64,000 bases of DNA from Takakia lepidozioides (Eukaryota > Plantae > Bryophyta): the NCBI GenBank assembly GCA_030704615.1, contig CM060732.1:14322001-14386000 (forward strand), written 5' to 3'. The position numbers and the translations under genes were made by a program. This document shows, piece after piece, positions 12,888 through 25,979 of the stretch (position 1 is the stretch's first letter; each line of letters starts with the position of its first letter). The notes below the pieces were generated by a model. It ran no database searches. It was not told the origin of the DNA and saw only the letters and a list, made by a program, of their open reading frames with translations.

Positions 12888-14652
12888 TGTTAGAGGACTG
12901 TCAGGGACTTAGACACTTATACGGGATCTGTAGGGTACCCTTAATTTTTGCACAGACTGAGACCAAGAGGAACCTTAGGGGTGACAGCAGCGCACTGTAG
13001 AGGGGGGTTACACAGCCCAACACAGTCGTCACAGCCAACACAGCCAACACAGCCCGTTACAGTCGTCACAGCCGACNNNNNNNNNNNNNNNNNNNNNNNN
13101 NNNNNNNNNNNNNNNNNNNNNNNNNNNNNNNNNNNNNNNNNNNNNNNNNNNNNNNNNNNNNNNNNNNNNNNNNNNNNNNNNNNNNNNNNNNNNNNNNNNN
13201 NNNNNNNNNNNNNNNNNNNNNNNNNNNNNNNNNNNNNNNNNNNNNNNNNNNNNNNNNNNNNNNNNNNNNNNNNNNNNNNNNNNNNNNNNNNNNNNNNNNN
13301 NNNNNNNNNNNNNNNNNNNNNNNNNNNNNNNNNNNNNNNNNNNNNNNNNNNNNNNNNNNNNNNNNNNNNNNNNNNNNNNNNNNNNNNNNNNNNNNNNNNN
13401 NNNNNNNNNNNNNNNNNNNNNNNNNNNNNNNNNNNNNNNNNNNNNNNNNNNNNNNNNNNNNNNNNNNNNNNNNNNNNNNNNNNNNNNNNNNNNNNNNNNN
13501 NNNNNNNNNNNNNNNNNNNNNNNNNNNNNNNNNNNNNNNNNNNNNNNNNNNNNNNNNNNNNNNNNNNNNNNNNNNNCTACGCTGGCCAAATAGCCACAGG
13601 CAGAAACTTCACCATACCCTGGCCTAAGCATCTAGCTAACAAAGCCATCTGGGTTGGAACATAACAGGGGCCTTTTACCAACAGAGGTACCCGAGTAGCT
13701 GCAGCAAACAGTTCCTTGTAGCCTCTCAATTTGTTTCCAACTACCATAAGGTAAGCAAAGCAACCTAGGGCCTGGAAAACAGATGTGTGTCTCCCACACA
13801 AGCCATCATAAACCCAGCTGTCACATCATAACAGAAGTTTTCCACTGGCTGGGCCGAACTAGCCCATCGTAGAAAGCATTACACTTGTTCTTCAAAAATC
13901 AAGGAAGGAAAGAGGTAGGATCAAGAAAAACCATAGAGTAGTTTAGTTTTTCAACATTTTAGGATGAGTCCCTGGCAAACGATTCCTTCCCCTGCTCTGC
14001 AATCCCACTTGGCATCCAGCAGCACCTAGACATCAGAATATTAAGTGGAAGCCCTCACCTGTGCCCGTCCCAAAAACAACCACAACGCATTGTGAGTTAG
14101 TGAGGATGCACGAGGTGAGTAGCAGGCTTCCACACTTGCTATCGAGGTCAAATACACTTCAATCTAAGTGCAGAGAATGCCAAAACAAGCAAGGAAGCAA
14201 AACCAACACAAAAATAACCTTTTTTTACTATTTGGGGGAGAGTCGCCATCTCTCCACAAGCCTAACCGTGTAGGGAGGACTCCGCCAGCACCACAGCACT
14301 GCTACCTTAACCAAAGCAAGGTCTTGCCAAGCACAAGAAGAAAAGAGCTTGGTTTCAAAAGGTAGGGTTTATAAAGGGAGGGAGAGAGACTTCCTTGTGC
14401 CGCCATTCATCAAAGATCCAGAGGAGGGCTCCTAGGGAAACGTCCTATGCATGCAGGTGGTGCCTCCGCCATCACTACTGCGGTTCCCTTGTGCAGCAAA
14501 AAAACAGACAACTGAGACAGGGAATCTTCCCTCATCACTAAGCCACCGCCATCGCCTTAAAGAGCCCGCCCAGGCGTCACTCACAGGAGCCATAAACACT
14601 CAAGGATTGGCAGCTCAAGGTATCTGCAGCACGAGCACCATCGCTACTCACA
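12888..14652. mobile_element. LTR (solo or collapsed element) spanning the assembly gap
   Basis: Termini TGTTAG...CTCACA (TG..CA with short inverted ends), non-coding, sharply interrupts the flanking repeat. No direct TSD. Confidence 0.6.
13077..13576. other. Assembly gap (500 N)
   Basis: Run of N. Confidence 1.
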
Positions 14653-17600
14653 AGCCGCCATCGCGCGCGCTCTCACAGCGCAAAAAGAAAGACATTAGGG
14701 TTGTGCAGGGTTTTCCCCTGTCTGGCCCGTCATTCATCATTCTCAAGATGAAAAACATCCGCCAGTCGGTCTGTCCGACAGACGTTGTCCGTTTCTCATT
14801 CGTGGAAGATGAAAGACATCGTGTTTTCATCTTGTCTTGCACTCAACGGATGTAGTCCGTATTTCATCTAGGTTAGATGAAAAACATGGGGGGTTTTTTA
14901 AAAAAAATGTATTTAGGTCCTGTCAGATGAAGTCCTTTTTTCATCCAGGTTGGATTGAAAAATTAGAAACTGACGGGAGTTTTGCAACTCACAAGTTTTT
15001 TAGTGAAGAAATATTTCACTAAAATAATTAAAAAATGATTTTGGATAAAAAGTATCCAAAATTCCCTGCAACCCAATTTGCAATTTTTTCCTTTTTCCTC
15101 AAGGATGGAAGTCGGGACAACAATTCCATAAGCCCAGTGTCCAGAGGGAGAGAGAGGGAGAGATCAGGAAACCAAAAATAATAAAAAAATGGGGGGGGAG
15201 TGACTGAGCCCGTGGTGCTCAACAGTTGCTGGTGGTGCTCAGTCACTTCCCCACCCCCCCCACCTTTTTCTTTTCTCTTTGTTGCTCCCTCTCGAGACCC
15301 CGAGCACTTGCTGCTCTCAACCCCGACATGTTTGGTTTTTTTTTTTTTTTGATCTGGAATGTTCCTAATGAGGCCAACTTGTGGGTTTGCATGACAAGTG
15401 CCAGCTTATGGGGAAAGAGAAGAAGTCCCCTGCCCCAAAGAAAGGGGCGGACAATCCGTTTGCTCTGCCGGCACGTGTGATGCGCCAGGGCGTCTCACGG
15501 CTAACCAGCCCCGTTGACAGCCGCAGCCGGAGGGCTCGTCTGCCCCCCGAGGCTCCACATCTTGGATGCGCCAGGGGCCGGCTCAGCCAGCTCTCCTATT
15601 CGGGAGGTTGTTGCTGAGCCGGATGCTCAGTTGAGCACACCCCCGGCCACCAAGACGGGTGAAATGTACCTTGGCAAGCACATCACCCGTTCGGGGGCCC
15701 GGTATGGGCACCTTTTGGATGTCACCCCCATAGCGATCCCTTCCTCCGCAGCAAAGGCTGCACTTGCCAAGACCCAACGTCAGGTTCAAGGGCCTTTGAA
15801 AGCCTCCATTGCCAGCCCATTGTTGTCGATGAGGGAGGAGGAGACGAGGAGGGCCAATGAAGTGGCCAAGATAGCGAAGCGCCTCAAAGAAGTCAAGCCG
15901 GGTGAGGGCTTCTACCCTTATACGCATTTGGGGGGGGGGGAGAGGAGGAGGTATGGGCCGGTTCGGAGCAGCCTAGCCGATCAGCGACACCGCCCCCTGA
16001 GCCTGAGCGGTCAGCAAAGAAGGGCCTGGACTACGGGGCGCCGCCGCCGGCTATGCTCCACATCTGGAATCTACTTCCAGTGGCGCTCCGGGAGGGGATA
16101 GAGCGGGCACATCCGGAAACGGGGACTCCTCCCACATCGGGTGACACCAGGGGCGAGTCGGACAAGTTTGCAAGGTACAACTGTCGCACCTTGTTCCATG
16201 ATTTATCCTTTCCTTTGCATGCATGATTTTCTTTGTTGTTTGTTTCTTTTTTTGAATTTGGAGGGGTTATTTGTCTTCAGGGTGCAGCAACATGGCTGGC
16301 CTCATTGGTGCAGTCCAGTGGGGTTGCCAATGAGGGAGAGCACATGGTGTTCATGAAGGACCCGAACACCAAAGGTAAGAAGAAGAGGCCTCGATCTCCC
16401 GAGATCCCTTTTACCATCAATGAAGGGGCTGCCGAGGAGAGAGAGAGAAGGGAGAGGGAGAAGGAGAGAGAGGAAGTAGCGGGGAAGGGGAAGGAAAAGA
16501 AGAAGAAGAAAAAGAAGTCCCATGGAGAGGAAGGGGTGAGTGTGCATGCGGGGGAGGGCAGTGGGGTAACAAAGGAGCAGGGGAAGGAGGCTACAAAGAA
16601 GGGAGAGGGTGGGATGGCCTTGGCGATACAGGATGTGGAGTTGGCAAAGATCGTGGTGCCACCGGTGGAGGTGAATCGCCATGCTGACCCCTGTGGTGCG
16701 TTCTGGGAGGCTATGAAGAAGCCAGCCTTCGAACTCGCATTGAGGTGGTTCCCTTTGCACATCGAGTGGGCTGATCAGCACTTTGGTGCAAAGCGGGTGT
16801 ATGCCCGTGAGTTAGACCGCCGGTTTCCGGGCAATTGGAGTGACACAAGGGTGATGGAGATGGTGGGGCGAAACTTGAAGGACAGGAGGTACCGTGCCAG
16901 ACAGATCATTTGGAGGGCAATGGAAAAGGGAGCCATACCCAAACCACCTTATGGAATTACACAGGTTGGCAAATCCTAAATCATGTCACCTTCCATTTGT
17001 CGCATGTGCATTAATGAGGTGGATTCAATGTAACATATGTGTGTAATTCACTAATTGTTGGGGGGGGGGAGGGGTGCATAGGTATCGTGGGATGCACTCA
17101 TTGCGGGAGAGACTGATGCCGCAAACAAGGCCAAATTTGACCGGGCACGCGAAGCAACAACAGTCTGCCTTGACAAGCACGAATCCACACACAAGTGGGG
17201 CGCCAGCGGATCCAAGGGTTTTATCTTGCGATTTGTAAGTCGTACTTCCCTATGGATTTTGTTATGTCTTCTTTCCGGCTCCATCATCGCGAAGAACTGA
17301 CTTTAATTTGTGGCATGTGTAGCAACGCGCGTTTGAGAGGAAGCCATCTCCGGTAGAGTACAACTACGCCAAGGAGCATGATTGGCAATCCCTCATGAAG
17401 AACATGGCCAACACAGAGGGGATGAGTGCACTACAGGGCACTAGTATGGATGAGGTCGAGGGTCATGCCCAGGGATTGGATGAGAGCTCTGTGGGACTTA
17501 GTGGAACGCCGCCTCATTTACGTGCTCTGGCAAAGGGCGCGGAGTCATCAAGCACATCGGATAGCTCTAAGTCCTCCACTGAGGATGAGGATGAGGATGA

Positions 17601-18557
17601 GGATGACTAGTCCTAGTCCATGTAGGTCCCAGGGTCAGTCTACTGAACCCTTGTGAGCTTTTCAGCTCATTTCTTGTAAATATATTTTCATCTTTCCATC
17701 TTCCATCTTATTCATGTGTCGCACCGTCCTCACCCTCGATTCATGCTTGCTCAATTGTGTACCTTCTAACTCAGAGAAATGGAACTATAAGTTCTCCCAT
17801 CCCCAAATACAAAACCAGGAAAAAAACAAAAAATCACCCCCAAAAATCATCCCCAACCCCCCCCCCCCCCACCAGGCTGCCCTCGCGACTGCATCACGTC
17901 GCCAATGGCGACCTGTTTTTTAGGCGGGGGTCGCAAGAAGCGACGGTCGGGCGTCGCAAACCCCATTTGCGGGCGGCAACGTCCGACACCCCCTGCGACG
18001 TCTTTTTTAGTCTGGGGGTCGCAATTCGCAACGCCCTGGCGTCGCGGAGACCGCCACCCTGCCTGCACCACGTTTTTTTTATAATTAAATTTAAAAACAA
18101 AGCAACGCCGGAGCGTCGCAACAACCCATGCCCGGGCGTGGCGGAGACCGACTCCCGCTATTTTGTGCCACGCCCAATAGTCGCTGGCAGCGACGCATGG
18201 GCGTCGCTTGGCATACCACCCGGCTGACTCCCGGGCAGGTTAGGAAAAAAAAAAGGATGCAACGCCGCGCCGACGCCCCCACCAACGCCGTCGGCTGGAG
18301 GGCAGCGATGGTGAGACGTTGCTCAAAGAGGCTCCTGCCATCGGCGCGCACGGCCTGAGAAACTGACGTCCGGCAGTCGCGGGAGTTGGGGCGGGGGCTC
18401 GCAACCCCCATGCGACGTCATTTTGGCGACGCCCTTGCGACTGCAGGGCGACGGCCAGGCGCCGCAAATTCTGCGCCTCCCGCGTGCTCGAAAAGGGCGT
18501 TTTCCCGACGCTGCGGCGTGGCGCGGGCGTCGCAAAGGCCCCCCTTTTCCTGTAGTG
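14653..18557 (+). mobile_element. CACTA (En/Spm) element, right part with intact terminus
   Basis: Ends ...TTTTCCTGTAGTG (CACTACAGGAAAA on -) at 18557. Many GCGTCGC/GCGACGC subterminal motifs in both orientations over 17880-18540. Interrupts the NIF-like ORF. Confidence 0.85.
15408..17610 (+). pseudogene. CACTA TnpA-like accessory gene, spliced and frameshifted
   Basis: Exon-like blocks bounded by GT/AG; W..Q..K...ELDRRF..LKDRRYR..PKPPYGITQ|VSWDALI resembles TnpA-type proteins; charged low-complexity tracts and acidic tail. Confidence 0.5.
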
Positions 18558-19050
18558 AAACCCTTTGGTGATGGCTTGTATGAAATACGGAAGAATCCAG
18601 TATTTGGTGGGTTTCGGAGGCCCTTTGATGGCTCATCATCGACAAGGAGTATTTGTCCCTGCGTTGCAAATGGTGTACCAGGGTACTTGGCAAGAACAGT
18701 GAGAATATCCTTAACGAGATATTTCATCCCAGGCATGATATAACCGGTAGTGTCTTTGCAATCCTCAGCTGACCAGATGAAGCAAAACTTCTTCGCAATT
18801 TTCGTGGGAACTAAGCACACGAGCATCCCAAAGAACATCTCTTTCAACACATGACCAAATCGCCACGTGAAAATGCATCAACGCAAGGTTGAGAAACTCC
18901 AAGACTCCAGGCCGGGGAACCACAAAAGGTCTGTCGGGAACATGAACTGTAACTTTCCTAAAACGAAATCTCTCCTTGAGCAATTCACCGCCGGTTGGAG
19001 GTGGCCGATAACAGAGGAATCCGTTGACACTCAATATTAACAACATCCAT
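18558..19050 (-). pseudogene. FCP1/NIF (CTD phosphatase-like) domain 1, truncated by the CACTA insertion
   Basis: LILSVNGFLC, PRPGVLEFL, HVAIWS, FIWSAEDC, ILLVDDEPSKGLRNP. Confidence 0.75.
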
Positions 19051-19930
19051 TTCCTCTTCCCCGATGTGACAAATGAAGGTTGATGGGCGAAGCCATCCTG
19101 CGCAATTTAAGGAAATTCATTTCAGTGTTCCCGCCGTCAGAAACAACACAATGTAGTGTTTATTAGTTTCAAAGTGACCTCTACGTTTGTCGAGACATAA
19201 GTGTCCCGACAATGGACTACTATAAAGGATCAAGAGTAGACGATATATGAACAGTTCGAGATCATGAAAAGATGAACGTCGGCTGTGAAGTGGAGGTTCG
19301 TGGACGCACCTTATCGGGAGGCGTATTCAAGAAGTTATGCCGCTCCATACTCGCTTGTTTAAAAATTACGGAGTTAGTTTGGGACGGCAAAACAAACTGC
19401 AAACGAAAGTGGAGAAATGGTTTTGAAATTTACCATTGAAGGTCTCGGAGAGGAACAGTGGATTCCCGCGGGCTTGGATTGACGAGGCGCCACAACATCC
19501 GAGGGAGTCCTCATGTGTTTGGAGTCCGCTTTTTTTTTCTTGTCAACCTTTTGTCCGTTGGAAAGATTTCTTGCAGAGGAAGGAAATGGCTCGGGGGCTT
19601 TTTTTGCCTCTTTGGTGCAGAACATTGTGCCACCAGTTCAGGGTCAGGCTGTGTCGATGTTGGAGATGTTTTGCCATTTAACGACGGGGGGAGTGGAGGG
19701 GCAACAACAGGCAGGCACAGAAAATTGTCCCTTGAGCACTCGACATCCTGGATGGAATGAAAACGCAACGAAAGAATAATTTACCTCGGAATTGCATTCC
19801 AATGCAGACGTCGTTTGACAGGAAGGTCATAATCTGCGACAGATGAATATTAGACCCCAAACTAAGTGAAAATCAGACACCATGAAGATATTCAATAGCT
19901 GGAGTCAGAGGGGATTGATAAAAAATAATG

Positions 19931-20640
19931 TTATTTTGAAGCATCATATTTGAGACTCTTAAAACCGTTGTCCTCAATAAAATCCCAGAGTGGCCTAAAC
20001 TTGGGATCGTTTGAAACATTGGGAAAATGACTCAACCCTATTTTTTTTTTCCTAAGATAGCTTGAAACAATGGGATGTTTCCTCATTCCAAGCAAATAGG
20101 TCTGAAGAACCTTGAGAAGATAGCAACCATCAGTCTCCACGGTCTGGAACGGTTTGAGAACAAGACATGAGTCGGGCGGGTTCAATACACACTTCATGGC
20201 GGTGTCGTCAATAAGCAGAGTGTTACTCTTGGTGTACTGTCCACCAAATCTCTCCTAGACCTTCACCAGTGGCTTCAAAAACAAATGAGGAGGGTCCAAT
20301 CCTGATTTGAATTGAGGGTGAACCGAAGTAGGACATGAAATACATCCTCTTGAGACATAACGAAGGCCGGTTGAGGGAGACCACGAAGCAAAAAATCCAG
20401 GATGGGCTACAAGTTCTTGTACATCATAGAGCTCTAAATCCCTAACCGGAAGTGTTTGTGCAACTCTGTCCACACTTCGCGATATTTCTCCCGTCTAAAG
20501 ACAAGTCGGAATCCGACAAGAGCTGGAATTCGGTAGTCTGATTCTGAAAACCGGGGGACATTGTAGCTCTTCTGGTGCTTCAAGATTTTGCACAAGACTC
20601 CATTCACGTCAAAAATAATCAAATGCAACCTTGCGCAGGA
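19931..20640 (-). pseudogene. FCP1/NIF domain 2
   Basis: LIIFDVNGVLC, LVFRRE, FLKPLVKV, NTLLIDDTAMKCVLNP; frameshifted. Confidence 0.75.
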
Positions 20641-20781
20641 AGAGAAACAGGTGCTCCAATCTGCCAAAGAGTCATTCATACTTAGGATGATAAAAATGGA
20701 ACAGTACAATGCATTGGAAAAACCGACACCAGGCAAGTGAACAAGAACGTCCACTGGACAGCCAAGGTTCACCAAACTCTA

Positions 20782-21500
20782 TTAAAATATCTTATATCCC
20801 AATGCAGTGGCACGCAACTCGTGATTGCTAAGGAACTTCTGCCACCTATAATCAAAGTCTCTAAGAAATTTGACCGCTGGGTCGTCCTCGAAGAAATCCT
20901 TCGTAACGCCAAATGGATGTAGCTCGTTGAATGGCAAGACATCCATCCCGGATAACCGGAACATGTTAAGGTAAGGCTTGAGCTCTTCCAGTAGAAACTT
21001 ATCTCTGTCAGGGTCCACGAGTGCCTTATATTTTGGAAGGAAGATGGTATGTCCTAACGGGTTCAAGTAGGACTTGTACATATTGTCTACAGTGTCGATG
21101 AGGAGAGTATTGGATTTGTAAGCTGTCAGGTCTTCCTCAGCGAAAATGTCGTAAAGACGTTTAAAATAGATGGGATTTTTGGGAGCTTTAGGCCATTTTT
21201 TGTTGAATATTGATCTATGCATGACGGAATTGTCACCGTTGTAAGTTCTGACCTGGGAATAGTACTTCCCGAATACGGCCTTGGCGATAGTCTCGATGTT
21301 CATCTCAGGTCCCGTGTTCCAAAAACAAACGGCAAACTTTTTTGACGGCCCATTTAATGAATTCGTCAAGACCGTTTCACATAGCTAACTTGAATTTCCC
21401 TACGGAGATACAAGGCTGGGTGGCAGGAGGGGATTTCTTTCCATCCTTTAGGTCAACCTCACAAAGGTAACCGATGTCCAGAACCAGGACGTATTATCCT
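20782..21500 (-). pseudogene. FCP1/NIF domain 3
   Basis: YVLVLDIGYLC near 21490, *NGLDEFIKWAVKKFAVCFWN, YFKRL, NTLLIDTVDNMYKSYLNP. Confidence 0.75.
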
Positions 21501-22199
21501 GGCTGACATCCGTTCGGTCCCGAAGGAAGGGAATGCAAATCGTTTGGATTGACAGAAATGGAATAGTCGACTGGAGGGTAATGCATGTTGTCATGTGGAA
21601 TAACAGAAGAGTTCATTATTAATTTCAACTTCAGTAATCCCAATATAGAGAACGGAAAAATGGAGTTGAAAGGATTATCGTTTTTGGGGGCGGCTGCTGG
21701 GATCCTTGAGCAGGCTGCTCCTCCTCTTTCCCATCTCTCCGGGAAACGCTATCCTCCAACTCTATGGCACCAGATGGCAACCTCGACTGTCTAGTGGAGG
21801 TTACTTGCAGGACCGGCTCAGATAGTGCGACAGTGATTGTCCGATCCACTCTACTCTTCACCGTCTCAGTCTTGTTGCAGTCGGTCCGTGTGTGTTTGAT
21901 CTCCTCAGACGTCATCTCACGAATCTACAGGAAATTAAGGAATCCTACGGATGAGAAGTATGGTGATCAAAATGATCCGACAAAATTATCGAATTACAAT
22001 ACCAAAGATGAGACTCAAAGACCAATAATAAGACTAATAAGAATAAAGCCAATGTAGTACCCGAATCGGGATCTGTTGCGCTTGTGTTGCTCCGTCTCTT
22101 CTCCTTCCCCGCGAGTAGAAGGATTCTCCGACTCATTCCGTGCAGATGGCAACGTCGACTGGACAGTGGAGGTTATTTGCGGAACCGGCTCAGGTGACC

Positions 22200-23150
22200 T
22201 GGCCCTCACTGTCAGATCCATGTAACCCGGGTGAAACCCGCTTTGCCACAAACTTTTTGATGGTGGATCGACTGGTGACTGTGAGGGCGGGTCTGGAGCA
22301 GGTGATCATCGACCCTCAATGGGATGCGTATGTGGGCACCTTACGCGACTCTCATAAGTCCAAGTCTTTGAGCAAAAGTCGGAGGGTCCGCGCAATCATT
22401 CGCTCCGACGATTTTTGGGCGAAATGTGCAAATTTTGTGTACATGGTGGAGCCGATGTTGATTGCTTTGCGGGAGTTTGATGAAAAACAACCAATAATGG
22501 GTAAAGCATGGTTGATACTGGAAAACCTTCAGAAGCATGTGCAATCCTTGAGGCGTCCTCCATTCTCTATGGACGATGATTTGACGGCAAGGACCGATGA
22601 TGCATTTTACGACTGCAAACGGATGGTTCGCACGGACTTGCATTAGGCGGGGGCCTTGCTGAATCCATTCTTGTTGGACAATACGGATTTGAGAGACGAT
22701 GTGGATGCCAAAGTCGGGCTTGTACGGGTCATCATGCAACTCGCGCCCTTGAACATGACAGAGCGAGCTTTGTTCGAGTACCAGTGCTTCTCGGATCTCC
22801 AGAATCCTTTCCATGACATGCCGGATCCAAAAGCAATGAACATGTTGCCACATGAATGGTGGGATTTGATTGGAGCTGGAGCAAGAACGTTAGCTCCCAT
22901 TGCAAAGCGTATTCTTGCTCAAGTGTGCTCTGCCTCGTCCTGTGAGCGGAACTGGAGCAGTTACTCGTTTGTTCACAACAAGATTCGCAACAGGTTGAAT
23001 CCTGCCAAGGCTGACAAATTGGTTTATGTCTACATGAATTGTAGGCTACTGCGAGAGAGGACAGCAAGTGACGCATCTGCATGGTACAAGAAAAATCTGT
23101 TGTCGGAAGAATTTGCCTCAGAGGTCCAATCTAGCAGCAATGATGACACC
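22200..23150 (+). pseudogene. hAT transposase (DUF659 type) C-terminal part with dimerisation domain
   Basis: PGETRFATNFLM, FWAKC, LH*AGALLNP, WWDLIG..LAPIAKRILAQVCSASSCERNWS..HNKIRNRL..KLVYV. One in-frame stop; N-terminus missing. Confidence 0.9.
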
Positions 23151-23200
23151 GACGCCGCGAGAGACTCTGACGGGTTGACTCAATCGGGCATGGGAATGAA

Positions 23201-24810
23201 GTGCAAACGCCTGAACTGGACCTGGCAAGGGTTGAGGAAGAAAGACTTGTGGCGGAGAGGGCAAGAAAAGGGAAGGACCCCTTAGTGGAAACTGGGGAAT
23301 GTTCAACCGTGCAAATTACATCGGCCCAGGAACAGGAATTAGAGCAGCTTATGGGGGAACGTGACCAAGCTAGGGCTGTTGCATATCAGTACTCAAATGC
23401 CATGCAAATCCGATCGTGGCCATGGTTGAAGGGGAATTGGCGGAATTGGGTGACATGGGCGGGCCATCTAGCATCGCGGGAAACATGGATAGAAGAAGCA
23501 CTGTCCTCCCTCCAACGTGCAGCGCGTTTGTCAAATCGAAGCGTAGATAGCATCTCCACTAATTTGCAAAGGCACCACACTGTGCGTGATGTATTCACGT
23601 TGAAGTACATTGGATTCACCACATGGGCTGATGTGGATGCCATGTTTGAGCACTGTGTGCATACCATTTCCAATACCAATAAGAACATAAACTGGGATTT
23701 GGAAGTAGAGGAGGAGTGGATCATCTGGCATTCATGAGGAATCGCGGACGTGGATACCACGGAGCAATCTACCGTCATGGGTAACAGATGGTACGGTGTG
23801 CACAATGTGCCTAAACCCTTACGGACCGGAGGGAGGCTATATGCTTGGTTCATGTGGCCATTTGTTCCACCCCACATGTCTCATATCGGCAGCCATGCGA
23901 GCCAGTCAATGCCCTGACTGCCGTGGACCAATCCATCGACGTTTCTACAAGGTGTTTGGGTTGCAAGACAATATACCCACGGGATACGAGTACAACCGGT
24001 ACAACATGCCATTGGATGTGGAGCCTTACAATTTTTTAAATTGTCAGCACTGGGGGGAGACAATGACATGGGATGCTCCAAGAGAGATGCACGCCTTGGA
24101 TGCCTTGACTAAATCTAAGGTTAAAGATCCAGCGACCTTTTGGGTGACATCCAACTGGGAAATAACCGTGCGTGCTAGAGGCATACGGGACCCAGTCCAA
24201 AGGGAGTTTTTTTGCCGGAACTTGGGAGGGCATTGGAGCTGTACCAGACAAAGATTCTTCCGACTGCCTGAGGATCCATGGGTGCCAGCGGAAAACGACC
24301 CATACAATCGCGAACCGATTGGGAGAGACCTATTTTTGAGGGAGTTGGAGGACGTTAGCATCCTTTGGGATGATATGAATGAGAGGTACTGGGTGCCTCA
24401 TTGGGATGAATGGCCATTTCTTCCATAGTTGCGCAGAGTCCCTCAGCAGGAGGAGGTGTTGGACAATTTCAAGGCTGCCATCAGGAGTGTTGTTCGGTAT
24501 TCGCAGAAGACATGACGTGACCAAGTTGCCCCTATTCCAGGGGTGTTCTTGCCACTTCGAAACATACCGGATTTAATTGAAAAATTGCATGACGCCGTAG
24601 CAAGAGCGACAAACCCGGCTCTGGCAAATGTGGAAGAGAGTTAGCACTCACCTGGAACGCTACGCATGATGGCAAGGGTGGACCAGACAACACTGGGTCC
24701 CTCCTTGACCACTCTAGCCCAGGCTCGAGCTCTCCGTACTGGTGGAGGCCCGTCCTCTACACCTCACCCGGAGCATCTTCATCAACACCTGGAGATGACG
24801 ACAACGAAGT
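23201..24810 (+). pseudogene. RING-H2 zinc-finger protein directly downstream of the hAT transposase
   Basis: CTMC...CGHLFHPTC...CPDC (C3H2C3) at ~23799-23922, inside frameshifted Trp-rich ORFs. Confidence 0.7.
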
Positions 24811-25599
24811 AATTAATCTAGATGAAGATGACTAGAAAGGCTAGAAACGTAGGGAGTAGGCCAAAGGTCTCAGGTTGCAAAAACTTAAATGTGCAACCCA
24901 CTGTATTGTCTACAAAGATTGGAATGAAAATAAAACCATTTGATGAAGGAACTGTTGGTTCACCCATTGAACCATTCTTTATTCACCTCATTCTTGTCTG
25001 GTACCTGTACCGGGCATGTAAAACACACTTCAAATATTGGAATGAATCAAATATCATTTGACCCCCGAACTACTCGTTAAACGAGTAACGATTAATCACA
25101 AATAAATGAACAGACAAATAAATCATTTGCCTCCCCATCGACGCGCTCACCCCTCAAGCCATTCCATAATTTAATTGAATTTAAATTAATTTTAAGCCAA
25201 TAAATAGGTTTGCACTGCCTTTCATTGGGGGTTTCTGGCACGTATCGATTTTGTTTTTGGCTCAATTTTGTTCTGCGGCTTCAAGCATCCCACCGCTACT
25301 CCCCCGCCAGAATTTGGACCAATCAAAAATGCCAAAAAAAATAAAATATCTTCGCTCACTATTGCAGAACTCTTTTATGAAGAGTGCATGAAGTAGAACA
25401 CAAATCAAGTTTGGAGTGCAAAACAGGGAAGAAACTGTGGTTTTGGGTCCAAATGAATTTTCTTTGCTCCCAAATTTGGCACACACGTTGCATATGGAGT
25501 CATTACACGCCCCATTCAAAAACGGAATGAAAAAAAAAATCATGAGCATGCGAAACGTAGTCCAACAGGTCCCAAAGTAATAGGAGATCCAACGGAATA

Positions 25600-25960
25600 C
25601 ATTCAACGTGTGAACGGATGGTTGTCCATCCAAATCATTTTTGTTTGCTTCCAAACTTTGCCAGTACGTTTGAGACACCCTCTCACAGGTCTCGGACTAA
25701 TATGAATTAATCGAAATTCATTCGATGGCTCAACGGATGGTTGACCATCGAAATGATTTTGGTTCGCTTTGAGACTTGGCCAGTATATTCAATGTACCAT
25801 GTAAGAGGCCCCAGAGTAATATGAGATCAATCGAAATTTGTTCAATGGGCCAACGGATGGTTGCCCATCCAAATGATTTTTGTTCGTTTTGAGACTTGGC
25901 ATGTGTGTTCAATGTACCCTCTGATAGGTCCCAGTGTAATATAAGATCAATCGTTAACAA
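25600..25960. repeat. ~120-bp tandem repeat, ~3 copies
   Basis: AACGGATGGTTG.CCATC.AAAT.ATTTT recurs at ~25613, 25732 and 25852. Confidence 0.8.
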
Positions 25961-25979
25961 TTAATCATGAATCATCCAA

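Noticed and set aside
12948-13664. ORFs of 238 and 200 aa
   Set aside because: Artefacts of reading through the N gap.
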